Source of the DNA: Octopus vulgaris
Taxonomy: Eukaryota
Direction: 5' to 3'
Assembly: GCA_951406725.2 (NCBI GenBank)
Contig: OX597818.1
Location: 117,056,001 to 117,120,000, forward strand
DNA length: 64,000 bases
This document shows positions 1 through 12,917 of this stretch, in pieces. Under the pieces are notes generated by a model. The model made no database searches. It saw only the letters and a program-made list of their open reading frames with translations, and had not been told where the DNA came from. The position numbers and the translations under genes were made by a program. Each line of letters begins with the position of its first letter. Position 1 is the first letter of the stretch.

Positions 1-3000
1 ACCAGTGGACAGTTGATCGAATTTACGCTAGTGGACAGTTGATCGAATTGAGACCAGTGGAAAGTTGATCAAATTTGCGCTGGTGGTCAGTTGATCGAAT
101 TTTCGCCAGAAGTCAATTGATCGAATTAACTCCAGTGGACAGTTGATCGAATTTTCGCTAGTGGTCATTTGATCGGATTTACACCAGAAGACGGTTGATC
201 GAATTTTCTCATGTGGATAGTTGATCGAATTTTCGCAAGTGGACAGTTGATCGAGTTTTCGCTAGTGGTCAGTTGATCGAATCTACACCAGTGGACAGTT
301 GATCGAATTTTCGCTTGTGGACAGTTGATCGAATCTACACCAGTGGACAGTTGATCGAATTTTCCCAAGTGGACAGTTGATCGAGTTTTCGCTAGTGGTC
401 AGTTGATCGAATCTACACCAGTGGACAGTGGATCGAATTTTCGCTTGTGGACTGTTGATCGAATTTTCTATAGTGGACAGTTGATCGAATTTTTGCTAGA
501 GGATAGTTGATCGAATTTACACTAGTGGAAAGTTGATCGAATTTTCCCAAGTGGACAGTTGATCGAGTTTTCGCTAGTGGTCAGTTGATCGAATCTACAC
601 CAGTGGACAGTTGATCGAATTTTCGCTTGTGGACTGTTGATCGAATTTTCTATAGTGGACAGTTGATCGAATTTTTGCTAGAGGATAGTTGATCGAATTT
701 ACACTAGTGGAAAGTTGATCGAATTTTCGCTAGTGGACAGTTGATCGAATTTCCATAAATGGACAGTTGATCGAATTTTTGCTAGTGGACATTTGATCGA
801 ATTTAGCGCAGTGGAAAATTGATCAAATTTGCGCTGGTGGTCATTTGATCGAATTTACACCAGAAGACAGTTGACCGAATTTTCCCCAGTGGACAGTTGA
901 TCGAATTTTCTGATGTGGACAGTTGATCGAATTTTCGCAAGTGGACAGTTGATCGAATTTTCTATAATGGACAGTTGATCGAATTTTTGCTATTGGACAG
1001 CTGATCGAATTTTCTGTAGGGGATAGGTGATGGCTGATTGAATTTAGACAAGTGGACAGTTGATCGAATTTTCTCTAGTGGACAGTTAATCGAATATTCG
1101 TCAGCGAACACTTGATCGAATTTACACAGAGTTGAATTTTCTCTAGTAGACAGTTGTTCTAATTTTCTCTAGTGGACAGTTGATCGAATTTTTGCTAGTG
1201 GACAGTTGATCGAATTTACACCGGTGAACAGTTGATCGATTTTCGCTAGTGGACAGTTGATCGAATTTTTGCTAGTGGACAGTTGATCGAATTTACACCG
1301 GTGAACAGTTGATCGATTTTCGCTAGTGGACAGTTGATCGAATTTAGACCAGTGGACAGTTGATCGAATTTTCATCAGCGGACAGTTGATCGAATTTACA
1401 TCAATGGACTGTTGATCGAATTTTCTCTATTTGCCAGTCGATCGAATTTTTGCTAGTGGACAATTGATCGAATTTTCACCAGTGGAGTTGATCGAATTCA
1501 CATCAATGGACAGTTGACCGAATTTTCTCTATTGGAGATTTGATCGAATTTTTGCTAGTGGACAGTTGATCGAATTTTTGCTAGTGGACAGTTAATCGAA
1601 TATTCGTCAGCGAACAGTTGATCGAATTTACACAGAGTTGAATTTTCTCTAGTGGACAGTTGTTCGAATTTTCTCTAGTGGACAGTTGATAGAATATTCT
1701 CCAGTGGACAGTTGATCGAATTTTCGCTAGTAGACAGTTGATCGAATTTTCGCCAGTGGACACTTGATCGAATTTCCTCTAGTGGACAGTTGATCGAATT
1801 TACACCAGTGTACAGTTGAGCGAATTTCCGCTAGTGGACAATTGATCGAATTTGCACAAGTGGACAGTTGATCGAATTTACAACAGTGGACTATTGATCG
1901 AATTTTCGCTAGTAGACAGTTGATCGAATTTTCTATAATGGACACTTGATCGAATTTTCTCCAGTGGACAGTTGATCGAATTTTCGCTAGTAGATCGAAT
2001 TTAGACCAATGGACAGTTGATCGAATTTTCGTCAACGGACATTTCATCGAATTTACATCCATGGAGAGTTGATTGAATTTACGTCAATGGACAGTTGATC
2101 GAATTTTCTCTAGTGGACAGTTGATCGAATTTTTTCCAGTGGACAGTCGTTCAATTTTCGCTAGTGGAGAGTTGATCAAATTTTCGCTCGTGGACAGTGG
2201 ACAGTTGATCGAATTTACACCTGTGGACAGTTGATCGAATGATTGTCAGCGGACATTTGATCGAATTTACATCCATGCAGAGTTGATCGAATTTACATCA
2301 ATGGACATTTGATCGAATTTCCGCTAGTGGACAATTGATCGAATTTGCACAAAAAGACAGTTGATCGAATTTACCACAGTGGACTGTTGGTCGAATTTTC
2401 GCTAGTAGACAGTTGATCGAATTTTCGCCAGTGGACAGTTGATCTATTTTACACTAGTGGACAGTTGATCGAATTTACACCAGTGGACAGTTGATCGAAT
2501 TTGAGTTACTGGACAGTTGATCGAATTTTCGCCAGTGGAAAGTTGATCGAATTTACACCAGTGGACAGTTGATCGAATTTGCTTTAGTGGACAGTTGATC
2601 GAATTTTCGGCAGTGGATAGTTGATCGAATTCGCACAAGTAGACATTTGATCGAATTTACACCAGTAGACAGTTGATAGAATTTTCGTTGGTGGACAAAT
2701 TATCGAATTTGCACAAGACAGTTAATCGAATTTACACCAGTCGAAGTTTCACAAGTGGACAGTTGATCGAATTTTTCTCAAATGAGCAGTTGATCGAATT
2801 TAGACAAGTGGACAGTTGATCGAATTTGCACAAGTAGACAGTTGATCGAATTTGCACAAGTAGACAGTTGATCGAATTTTCACTAATGGACAGTTGATCA
2901 AATTTTCGTAGGTGGACAATTGATCAAATTTGCACAAGTAGACAGTTGATCGAATTTTCACTAGTGGACAGTTGATCAAATTTTCGTAGGTGGACAATTG

Positions 3001-3107
3001 ATCGAATTTGTACAAGTAGACAGTTAATCGAATTTACACCTGTGGACAGTTGATCGAATTTGTGCTAGTGGACAGATGATCGAATTTTCGCTAATGGACA
3101 GTTGATC
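1..3107 (+). repeat. 26-bp tandem satellite/minisatellite, roughly 120 units, running off the window start
   Basis: Near-constant core AGTGGACAGTTGATCGAATT plus a variable hexamer (TTCGCT, TACACC, TGCACA, TTCTCT, TAGACC). ORFs across it repeat every 26 aa (3x26 nt). Confidence 0.97.
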
Positions 3108-3355
3108 AGATGAAACATATAAATATGAGGCAATCCAGGATTTGCCCCGTGCTTATATATTACAATTTTTCAAATCCACCGCGCAAGCGCATATTTTTAT
3201 CGGCAGTAAATTAAATAATGCCAGACTACGAAAATTTGTCAAAAATTATCTATAATTAATAATAACAGTGTAAGAAAAATGTGCGCTGGTGTGGAAGATT
3301 TAATATATAAACACGGGGCACATGCTGGATTGCCTCCTAACTATATGTTTAATCT
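3108..3355. mobile_element. MITE/foldback with ~80-bp imperfect terminal inverted repeats, abutting the satellite end
   Basis: AGATGAAACATATA...GAGGCAATCCAGGATTTGCCCCGTG at 3108 is the imperfect reverse complement of CACGGGGCACATGCTGGATTGCCTC...TATATGTTTAATCT ending at 3355. Confidence 0.8.
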
Positions 3356-3664
3356 ATGCGTACGTGTTCATTTAGACTCCACCTAGCAAATGATTTTATT
3401 TATAAATATTCAGTTAGAAACCTTTGTCCAGGGTATACATGGTCAATATTTTTACTTTTCATTCCCTTAGGACGTTATCCCTAATAGTGGTTTGGATCTT
3501 GGCTATTCCTACTAGCGTGCCAGGTTTCCTATGATAGTTACCTCTTATGTTTTTAAATGTACACTGTATTTATATGAAAAATATATAGTCAATTGACTAA
3601 ATTTTCTATACGCTAAGCCAATGGTAGTAAAAATTTCCAGAATTTTTTCTTACCCTGATATTAT

Positions 3665-3698
3665 TATATATAAATATATATGTATATATGTATGTATG

Positions 3699-3749
<51 letters not shown>

Positions 3750-4345
3750 ATATATGTATATATATATATGTATATATATATATGTATGTATATATATGTA
3801 TATATATATATGTATGTATATATATGTATATATATATATGTATGTATATATATGTATATATATATATATGTTTGTATGTACTTATATATATGTATGTATA
3901 ATATATGTATATATATATATATATATGTTTGTATGTACTTATATATATGTATGTATATATATGTATATATATATATATGTTTGTATGTACTTATATATAT
4001 GTATGTATATATATGTATATATATATGTTTGTATGTACTTATATATAAGTGTATATATATGTATATATATATGTATAAATAGATATATATATATTTTATA
4101 TATATGTATACATATATATGTATATATATATGCATATATATATATATGTATATGTGTGTGTGTGTATATATATATATGTGTGATCTAGTTATATATTTAA
4201 AAAAATATATTTTGTTTTTTATGATTGGCTTTATGTCTATCATTGTTTGAATTGCATAATAGTGGTTCTCTAATTTATATATATTACATATATATATATA
4301 TACATACAATTACACACACGAGCACACAAACACATATATATATAT
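3665..4345. repeat. Compound (TA)n/(TATG)n microsatellite
   Basis: Direct inspection; it generates the spurious YI-rich ORFs. Confidence 0.97.
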
Positions 4346-5989
4346 TGCCTGAAGTTGGAGGCTGGTGGTATGAATTTACAAACATTATGTTGGACAGATA
4401 ACTCCCCAGAAACAGTTGCTGGACTCGTATAACTTCGTACTCCACCCCTTTAGTTCCTGATATCGTTTCTGTTCTGTGTCAGTCGCACTTTAATATATTT
4501 ATAGATATGTACATTTTTTGTATTAAATGTATTTAATATTTTTTATGTATCGACTTCTCTAACTTGTTTGTCCTTACATTTACTCATCTACTTGCTCAGA
4601 TCCAAATCTGTTGAGCACTACGAAGTGTAATCTATACAGAGAATACCTCTCTTTAATCTCTCTCTCTCTCTGTCTATCTACCTACCTATCTATCTATCTC
4701 TAAATGAACGTATATAATATATAATCAATGAAATGCTTGCTATTTATGAGTAAGTCAGTGGTTAACGGGTGCTTCCATCATGTATATTTGGGCATATACT
4801 GGTGCTGTATGTTGCAGCTCCCGGAACAGAGTATTCAGTGTTGTTAAATCCGGTATGTAGATTGTCAGACAGACACAGGAGGCTAGCTCGAGAGAAGGTG
4901 AGCCGCGTACGTGTTATAGGATTATGTTGGAAGTTAAAAACATCAATTTCGGTGACTGAAAAGCTATTGCAGTGATGTAAAGTAGGTAAAGAAAAAATAG
5001 TGTACAAACCGGTTTTATTGCTTCGGGCATGTTGTTCAATGAACATTCGTGAACTATTTGAATATTATCTTTGAAATTATATGCCCAAGTATTCGATAGA
5101 AAATGCTGAAAAAATTAAAACTATATGTCGCTTCCAAATAGAACGATATGTTGGTTCCAATGCTTCCAATTAGCCCAAATTTAATACTAATGTTTGCTCC
5201 AAAATATCAAATAACACGGATAAGTTTAATGGAAAGATGTTATGCTGCATTCAGTAGAAAAATGTGCTGAAAGAGCGAATAGATTATCGAAAATTTCATC
5301 TATAATTCAATGACATTTTTAGAGAAAGTAGTCATCAATACTCCGCTATCTCGAATACCATAAAAATGTACGGAAGATGGATAACATACAATGATGTCAC
5401 TGACCAAAAGTAATGTATTAACAAGCAAGTAGAGAAGGAATGTTAACCCTTATCTCCGCCATACTTTAAAGAAATGTTTATTTGTGTGACACATATTACT
5501 ACTCCTTAGTGTTCTTGATAAAAACAATCGTTTTGTTTTAGAAAATGTAATGTACCACAAGAACTTGTTAGAAAAGGAGATGTGGAATTATATAGATAAT
5601 AACGTTTCATGAAGTGATTGTATTGTTTGAAATTAAATCGAACACAACACATACTATTGATCTTCAGGTACCACGATATCAATCCAGATGAGATTCAGCT
5701 TTAATATATATTTGCTCTCAGCTTTCACATAAGGGTATGAGTGTACATTCGTCAATTCGAAACTAAGAGACCCAAATATTGGCAGCCAAAAGCAAACGGG
5801 AACTACCAAGCACCAGTTGTGCGTACATTAGCAAAGAGTTACATAGTGCATGTTATTCTATTGAAAATATAAAAGGATTAGGAAAACAAATGTGTCTTCC
5901 AACTCTTTATATTCTTTGTTCGAATTCTACATGGACATTCTAGATGGACGTTGATTTTCAACTACTTATGGTCAATAAAAATTGGTTAC

Positions 5990-6180
5990 AAATTTCGGCA
6001 CAAGGTTAGCAATTTCGGAAGAAGGGTAAGTCGATTACACGACCCTAGTGGTCACCTCTTACTTATTTTATCGACTTCGAAATGATGAATGGCAAAGTCG
6101 ACCTCGGCGGAATTTTAATCCAAAATGTAAAAACGAATGAAATATCGCTAAGCATTTTGTACGACGTGCTTAAACAATTC
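5990..6180 (-). mobile_element. SINE family B, alternative-tail subfamily B2 (diverged). Other B2 copies near 13265-13484, 13955-14132, 31430-31626, 48990-49415, 56870-56996, 57127-57270, 63345-63460
   Basis: Shares the GGCAAAGTCGACCTCGGCGGAATTT core with family B, but the sense-strand 3' tail resembles CCTTGTGCCAAAATTTGAAACC. Confidence 0.75.
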
Positions 6181-6916
6181 TAAGCTTCCCATGCACAAAC
6201 AGAAGTTTTGTTTATTACCACCGGAATATTTTCCTTAAAGGAACCAACAGAATCTTTACGTAATCAAGCTGCCGAGATGGCTAACAACGTCTTACCGTCA
6301 GGCAGATTTTAAAAGCATCACACGAATTTCAGAATATACACTATAGAAACGGTAGAAGTTCATGTGTATCTGAATGTCAAATTGCGTGGGAACATCATCG
6401 AACATATAATACACATGAACACGTAAATAAATATTTGAATGGTGCACACTGGCACACACGTGCACACATAAACACACAGACACACAGAGACATATATATA
6501 TATATATATATATGGAGGGTTACATGTTTCTATACGTACTGCAAAAGTGAGAGTGACAGAGAAAGAGAGAGAGAAAGGGAGAAGGAGAAAAAAGAGAGAG
6601 AAAGAGTGACGCAGAGAATCTGAATAAGGTGTTTGGAGACAACTTCAATCAATTAAAATTACTCGCTTAATTATTAGGAATGAGTGTAAACCACTAATGT
6701 GGGGCGTAACAGAAAGCGCAGAGTGGAAAGAACCGCTAAGTTAATTAATCAGAATTAGATCCTGTTGGAATGCAATGATGAGTGAGTGTAATCTATATGT
6801 TTGCACTGACATCTACACCGGTTTTACGAAAGTAATAAAACTCATCCATTACTTAAAGTCAAACTTTCATTGATTTCAGAACGACAATATGATATAGAAT
6901 TTGATAAATGGACATA

Positions 6917-7408
<492 letters not shown>

Positions 7409-7409
7409 A

Positions 7410-7490
<81 letters not shown>

Positions 7491-7721
7491 AAGTGTGTGT
7501 GTGTGTGTATGAGAGGTATTAGTGTCAAGAAGATTCAAAGGGGACAGTTAATGTTGTGTAAGCGCTATGGACAGACTAAAGTTAAGCTCCAGGTTCAGTA
7601 ATGATACGAGTGCGGAGTCCAACGTATGTCGTGTATTAGCAATCATATATATATAAATTAATAGAATGAGATAAAAATATCCCAGGCTGTGAATAGTTTT
7701 CAGAACGTTTATAAAGAAAAG

Positions 7722-7768
7722 GTCTTACAGCTGTTTCCGGCATATTTTATATATCTTTCATCAGAGAC
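7722..7768 (-). ncRNA. Minimal type-I hammerhead ribozyme motif (Penelope-type)
   Basis: Minus strand reads GTCT-CTGATGA-[degenerate stem II]-GAAAC-AGCT-GTA-AGAC. Stem I is GTCT/AGAC and stem III is the palindrome ACAGCTGT. Confidence 0.75.
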
Positions 7769-10213
7769 GGTGCGAAAAATGTTTAAGTAATAGTTAATAT
7801 ACAGAAGATATAAAATGCAGAGTGAAATGGAGGAATGAAAACAGACGTGAGATACGTAAGGATATTGAATTTGCAGTACCATTATTTAAGAAGAATGACC
7901 TATATATGTTTCCTGTATCATGTGTGTGAGTTCCAATGGTGTTTATAATTGGTCATTCCAAGCATGGAGTCTTGTAAACGGTGTTATTTGATCGATGGAT
8001 TTTTGGAAGTGGCTTAAAAGTTGGGAATGTATTTGTAAGGTCAAATCAAAAACAGAACAAGAGAGAAAAAACAGGAAGAGAAAAAAATGTATAGGTATAC
8101 GTGTGTGTGTGCACGTATGTATTATATATGTATATATATATAAATATATATATGTGTGTGTTTGTATATTTATATGCATATATGTATGTGTGTGTAGGTG
8201 TGTAGGTGTGTATGTATATATATATATATATATATATATGGGTCAGTGAATACACTCTTTACTACATCTATTTCTACACTGATCTCCCAAACTAATTTTA
8301 ATATCTTAAACCTTACAAAAGCAGTTCCTCAATAATCATGGTTGCCTTTATTGTTTGAAAATAATTCATCCAAATAACAGCTGTCTGGAACATTGCATTC
8401 ACTGTTGTAACTTTTTCCGGGCAATTATACCTACAGTGAAATTTTTCCGTCCATCTTTTAATGCTTCTCATCTTAACTGCTTCTCAACTGCAGTCTGCAT
8501 AATTTGTATCTTTAAACTGGCAGTTTTTTCAGCAGTATTGCCACTGAAAAAATTCCTCTAAATGTCCTGTCCGCTTTTTAAAATGCTTCACAGCATCGAC
8601 TAGATAAATCTCCCCGAGATCTCACAGCATTCCACTGCATCAGACTCAACATCTCTCTCGCATACAGACGCCAACTGCTTCAAATCGACAAAAACATCTA
8701 ACTCTGAGAATATCCTTCCATTACTCTCAAACAATGCGCCATATAGATTATCATTTTTTTCTTATCGAACGCTACAACCTCCTCTTATCGATATATCCTC
8801 ATATTTCAAGCCCCACTACATCGTATCACATCTCCAGCGAAGAGAAGCAGAACGAAAGTTGCGAAACAGAAGGTGATGAATGTTATAAACCAAATCCATG
8901 ACTTTCTTTAGATGAAGTTTAAGATGTACTGAGCATATCACAGCTAGACATCCCTATGATACGATCCAACATATTTATGCAGCCTCTTCTCATTGCATTT
9001 CATTTCACATTCAGGTACGTTCGATGCTTGCATCAGTCTTCTGGCCCATAAGACGGTTATTTTCGTTGGCAGATATCAACAGGGATCAACGAAAAATTGT
9101 TCGCTAAAATTATATACAAAATAATCTTGTTTAATGATTTTCTCCATATCAACATACATGAAAACCTGTATGTTACCAGTATCACCTTCTTCAAATCCTA
9201 CTTTCTGCAATATTTGTTCAAGAGTGTTGCTGACGGATACTGCTTCATCTTTTCTGTGTAATATCTACAACAGGTTTGGATAAGAGATTTCCAAAGATGT
9301 CCAACTGATTGCCTTTCACCACAAATATATCTTATTGGTTACCTCATATAATTATTTCCAGAATCGTTTGAAAGTTTAATGTATATTCTCAATATCTGTA
9401 ACAATCGGACTTCTAAGATAACGTGACTCGAACATGTAAGTATTTTTAATGCTTAAGCTATATTAATGCCTTTGTTTTTGATGGAATGGAAATTAATTCT
9501 AAAAGAATGAACATTTAGGTAGAATCGAAATCTGAAATACAGCTAAGATTCGTTTCAAACTGCAGAGAAGAGTTTTTCTCCAAATTATTTCGCTCGGTTA
9601 CGTTTGGGAGCAGGACAAACAAGTTACTCTTTAGATTTGCGCAGATCAATATTGATTTTCAGGTAACATTTATTGCTATTACAATATCAAAAGTAATAGA
9701 AAAAAATCTATGGACTAAAGTTTCAGATATCTTGTGACTTTTGTTCCTTACAACAGCATGTAACCAGCTTTCTTTGCTTAAAACTTCGTTGCTTTTATTC
9801 CACTTTTCAGCTAAAAAGATATAAGAAGTTATGTTTTTCCAAAACAGTCCGCATGTATCTATGTAAAAACTGGATTTGTTGGATAATTACCTATTTACGT
9901 CCACCTGCTGTTTTCGTGTTATCCGAATGCTGTTTGTATGAAAAACAGCACACGTACAGTGATGTGAATATATTTATTTCTCATTTAATACAGAGTATTT
10001 GTTATCTGTACTCCAGCGGATATATTTTGAAATATTTAAAGAAACTATTGAGTAAATAATTAATTTCAAAGTTAAGTTGTTTCTATTCGATAAATATTTT
10101 TGCAAAATTTCGACAATGGATTATATGAGATACTTTCAAGTATGTCGTTAGCTATTTCATTTTATTTGTGAGAGATAATATATCATCGGTGAATATAACA
10201 ATATTCTCGGTGG

Positions 10214-10248
<35 letters not shown>

Positions 10249-10479
10249 GGTGTATGTACAGAAGAAAGAAATCGAGTGAGAGAGAGAGAGGGTGGGGAGA
10301 GAGAAAGTGAAAGTGAAAAGTTGATAGGGAAGTGTTTGACAGGTATTCAAGGAAGTTGTATTTTGAAATCTGTAGGAGTTGTAGAAGAAATTTTAAATGA
10401 AGAATCACGAAGTTTTTTCAATATTCTGCTCATGTCATATACAACAAATATTTCTGAGGTGTTCCGACACTGAAGTTGC

Positions 10480-10800
10480 TGCTGATGCAGACCACAGATA
10501 AAACGGATGCTTATATTCAGAAGTCTGAATATGAGAATAACAGCAAAGAAGACAATATTTTAAAATATATTCAATGAGGTTGTCAATAATTTCTGGTGCC
10601 ACTACAAAGCAGAGAATTACAGTTTTATATTGAGAACTGAATGAAAGTTATATTGAAGTATCGAATGCATAATAATTCACTTTCTGCACATTCATTTCAA
10701 ATTCTTTCAATCGAAACATTGTAGTCTTTCAAAGAATCCATCAACACTTACATATGATGGAGGAGCGATATTAGCGAACGTACAACTAAGCAATTTTGTC
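10480..10800 (+). pseudogene. Decayed DNA-transposase fragment, probably Chapaev3-like
   Basis: Frame-broken translation gives EVVNNFWCHYKAENY...IHFLHIHFKFF...QRIHQHLHMMEERY. This resembles the recalled motif NFLGNHKAENY...IHFLHSHLDFF...ERFHQDI..ME.RY. Confidence 0.5.
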
Positions 10801-10996
10801 TTACAGCTTTTGAAACCTGGTTCAAAAATATAACGTTGACCACAAGAGACAATAAAAGTCCAGTGTTAACATTTTGATCCATTATAGCATCATACTTCTC
10901 CCAAATTCGTTGCATTATTCCTGAAAGTCTAGTTATTTTACCCTTCTGTTCTGCCTTCGCCATGATAGATCGCTAGCCAATACACATTCTGTGTTC

Positions 10997-11032
10997 CTTT
11001 CTGTGGAAGAGCGTAGGCTCGAAACGTTAAAG
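10997..11032 (+). ncRNA. Hammerhead-like motif with variant core CTGTGGAA, in a ~160-bp repeat (10965-11125)
   Basis: CTTT-CTGTGGAA-GAGC-GTAG-GCTC-GAAAC-GTT-AAAG. A second family copy lies on the minus strand at 41222-41257. Confidence 0.55.
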
Positions 11033-11259
11033 ACTTCTTCACTTCCCGAGCATTATACTAATACATCTGTTTGTTGTCTACACCACCTGTCTTCGTCTTT
11101 TTTTTTTTTGTGAATTCTCCCCCTAGTTATATTATAAATTTAAAAAAATATTTATATTATGCAATGAAAATTAGAATAAAGTATGTTGCAACAAATACTG
11201 ACTTCATATTTATAGAGCAAAACTTTTTTAGTTTAAAATAGAAACATTATTATTTCTAA

Positions 11260-11680
11260 GGCGCAGGAGTAGCTGCGTGGAAAGGAGCTTGCTTACCAAC
11301 CACATGGTTCTGGGTTCAGTACCACTGTGTGGCACATTGGGCAAGTGTCTTCTAATATAGCCTTGGACCGACCAAAGACCTTTAGATTTGGTAGACGGAA
11401 ACTGAAAGAAGCCCGTCCGTATATATATATATATATATATGAATATGTGTGTGTGTGTGTGTATGTATGTATTTGCGTGTGTGTGTGTGTGTTTGTTCCC
11501 CACCATCGCTTTACATCCGATGCTGGTGTGTTCACGTCCCCGTAACTTAGCAGTTTGGCAAATGCGATCGATAGAATAAGTACTAGACTTACAAAACAAT
11601 AAGTCCTGGGGGCGATTTGTTCGACTAAAGGCTGTACTCCAGCATGGCCAAGTGAAATGACTGAAAAAAGTAAAAGAGTA
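11260..11680 (+). mobile_element. tRNA-derived SINE family A with internal (TA)n(TG)n tract
   Basis: Head GGCGCAGGAGT..., B-box-like GGTTCAGTACC, tail (GTAAAAGA)n. At least 8 homologous copies occur in the window. Confidence 0.9.
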
Positions 11681-11714
11681 AACCTCTCAATGAGAGATAT
11701 TCAGTTATAGTTCA

Positions 11715-12222
11715 GTAAAGTAAAGGCTATTTGCCAAAACAATGTGGCTGTCCTGAAAGGAAGATTGCTGCTGTTGTTGAACCCCAGAAAACATCGTTTC
11801 CAGTTGGTTATACGACACAAAAATCTGTGTCCTTATTTTATCGAACAGGGTGTCCAACACTCACATCCAGCACTGTCACTGTATATCTCTCTGTGAGAGA
11901 TTTAGAAATAATAATATTTCTATTTTATTAGATCAGTGACTGAGTGTCACTTTGAAAACTATATATTTGCGAACGGTGAGTTTAGCAACGCCACCTAGCC
12001 AAGCAGTTACTCTGTGTTGATAAATGGGAACAACCCAGAAACCGGTCCACAGCTGTTGTTCTATGCTGGATAGGAGAGCTGGACTCACTGTTCGAAAATA
12101 TAAGGACACAGATATTGTGTAATATAGCCTGCTGGAAACAATGTTTCCTGGGGCTAAACAACGGTAAAAATCTCCCCTTCCAGGACAGCCACATTATGTT
12201 GGGAAATAGCCATTACTTTCTT
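11715..12222. mobile_element. Inverted-repeat element (arms ~11715-11871 and ~12064-12222) with a hammerhead in the spacer; candidate retrozyme/PLE-derived
   Basis: AATGTGGCTGTCCTG...CCCCAG...TCTGTGTCCTTAT is the reverse complement of the right arm. The hammerhead is at 12012-12052. Confidence 0.75.
12012..12052 (+). ncRNA. Minimal type-I hammerhead ribozyme, U3-A8 variant
   Basis: CTGTG-TTGATAA-A-TGGG-AACAA-CCCA-GAAAC-CG-GTC-CACAG. Perfect 5-bp stem I, 4-bp stem II, palindromic stem III ACCGGT, GUC site. Confidence 0.8.
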
Positions 12223-12499
12223 AGTTTGTAAAACTTCAATTAATTTTCGTATTTAGTTACAAAATTACGAGAAATCACAAGAAAAGAAATAATAAATCTC
12301 TGAACGAGATGTAAACAGTAACCGCTCGACAACGTAGAGTATACTAGCCATCTCAATATGGCAAACCACTAAGGGTGGGTGTTACTGTAGCTACTAGCCC
12401 CAGGAGATCATCGTTTCCAGCTGGCTTTAGGCACACTTTCTGTGCTCTTATGGTATTTGCAAAGGGAGGTCATCCTTCTCTCATAAACCTAAGTGATAC

Positions 12500-12541
12500 G
12501 CACAGGCTGCAGTTCGAGGTATTTGCCTTTTGTCAACGTAC
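12500..12541 (-). ncRNA. Mutated copy of the U3-A8 hammerhead
   Basis: Minus strand GTACG-TTGACAA-AAGG-CAAATA-CCTC-GAAC-TGCA-GCC-TGTGC. The GAAAC and GTC elements are damaged. Confidence 0.65.
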
Positions 12542-12874
12542 GCCAATCACCGGTTTTCGATGAAAGGAGACCTGTTTGCAAATATCTATTTAATGTTTTT
12601 CCCAGTAACTTCCGTCACTGAAAGTGTGCCTAAAGCCAGCTGGAGACGATGATCTTCTGGGGCTAAAAGCTACAGTAACACCTACCCTTAGTTGTTAGCC
12701 ATATTGAGATGGCTAGTATACTCTACGTTGTCGAGCGGTTACTGTTTACATCTCGTTCAGAGATTTATTATTGCTTGCAGACAGTTTTTCGAAATCAGTG
12801 ACGGAAGTTACTGGGAAAAACATTGAATAGATATTTGCAAACAGGTCTCCCTTCATCGAAAACCGGTGATTGAT

Positions 12875-12917
12875 GTACGTTGACAAGAGGCAAATACCTC
12901 GAAACTGCAGTCCGTGC
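12875..12917 (+). ncRNA. Minimal type-I hammerhead ribozyme, U3-A8 variant
   Basis: GTACG-TTGACAA-GAGG-CAAATA-CCTC-GAAAC-TGCA-GTC-CGTGC. Stem I is 5 bp with one G-U, stem II is GAGG/CCTC, stem III is the palindrome ACTGCAGT, with a GUC site. Confidence 0.85.

Noticed and set aside
165-3015. Cys/His-rich repetitive ORFs on the minus strand
   Set aside because: Translation artefacts of a 26-bp unit (not a multiple of 3), with frequent stops.
1-3107. CRISPR-like array (constant repeat plus variable part)
   Set aside because: The variable part is only ~6 nt and recurs, there are no cas genes, and the context is eukaryotic.
3621-4309. Long YI/IYLS/HT/LLL ORFs here and throughout the window
   Set aside because: Open frames through microsatellites; no coding signal.
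4348-4425. Possible hammerhead CTGAAGT...GAAACAGTTGC
   Set aside because: Core and cleavage triplet are both degenerate; at best a decayed relic.
12297-12340. CTGAACGAG...CTCGACAACGTAGAG as an opposite-strand hammerhead
   Set aside because: It needs insertions in both core segments and stem I does not register properly.
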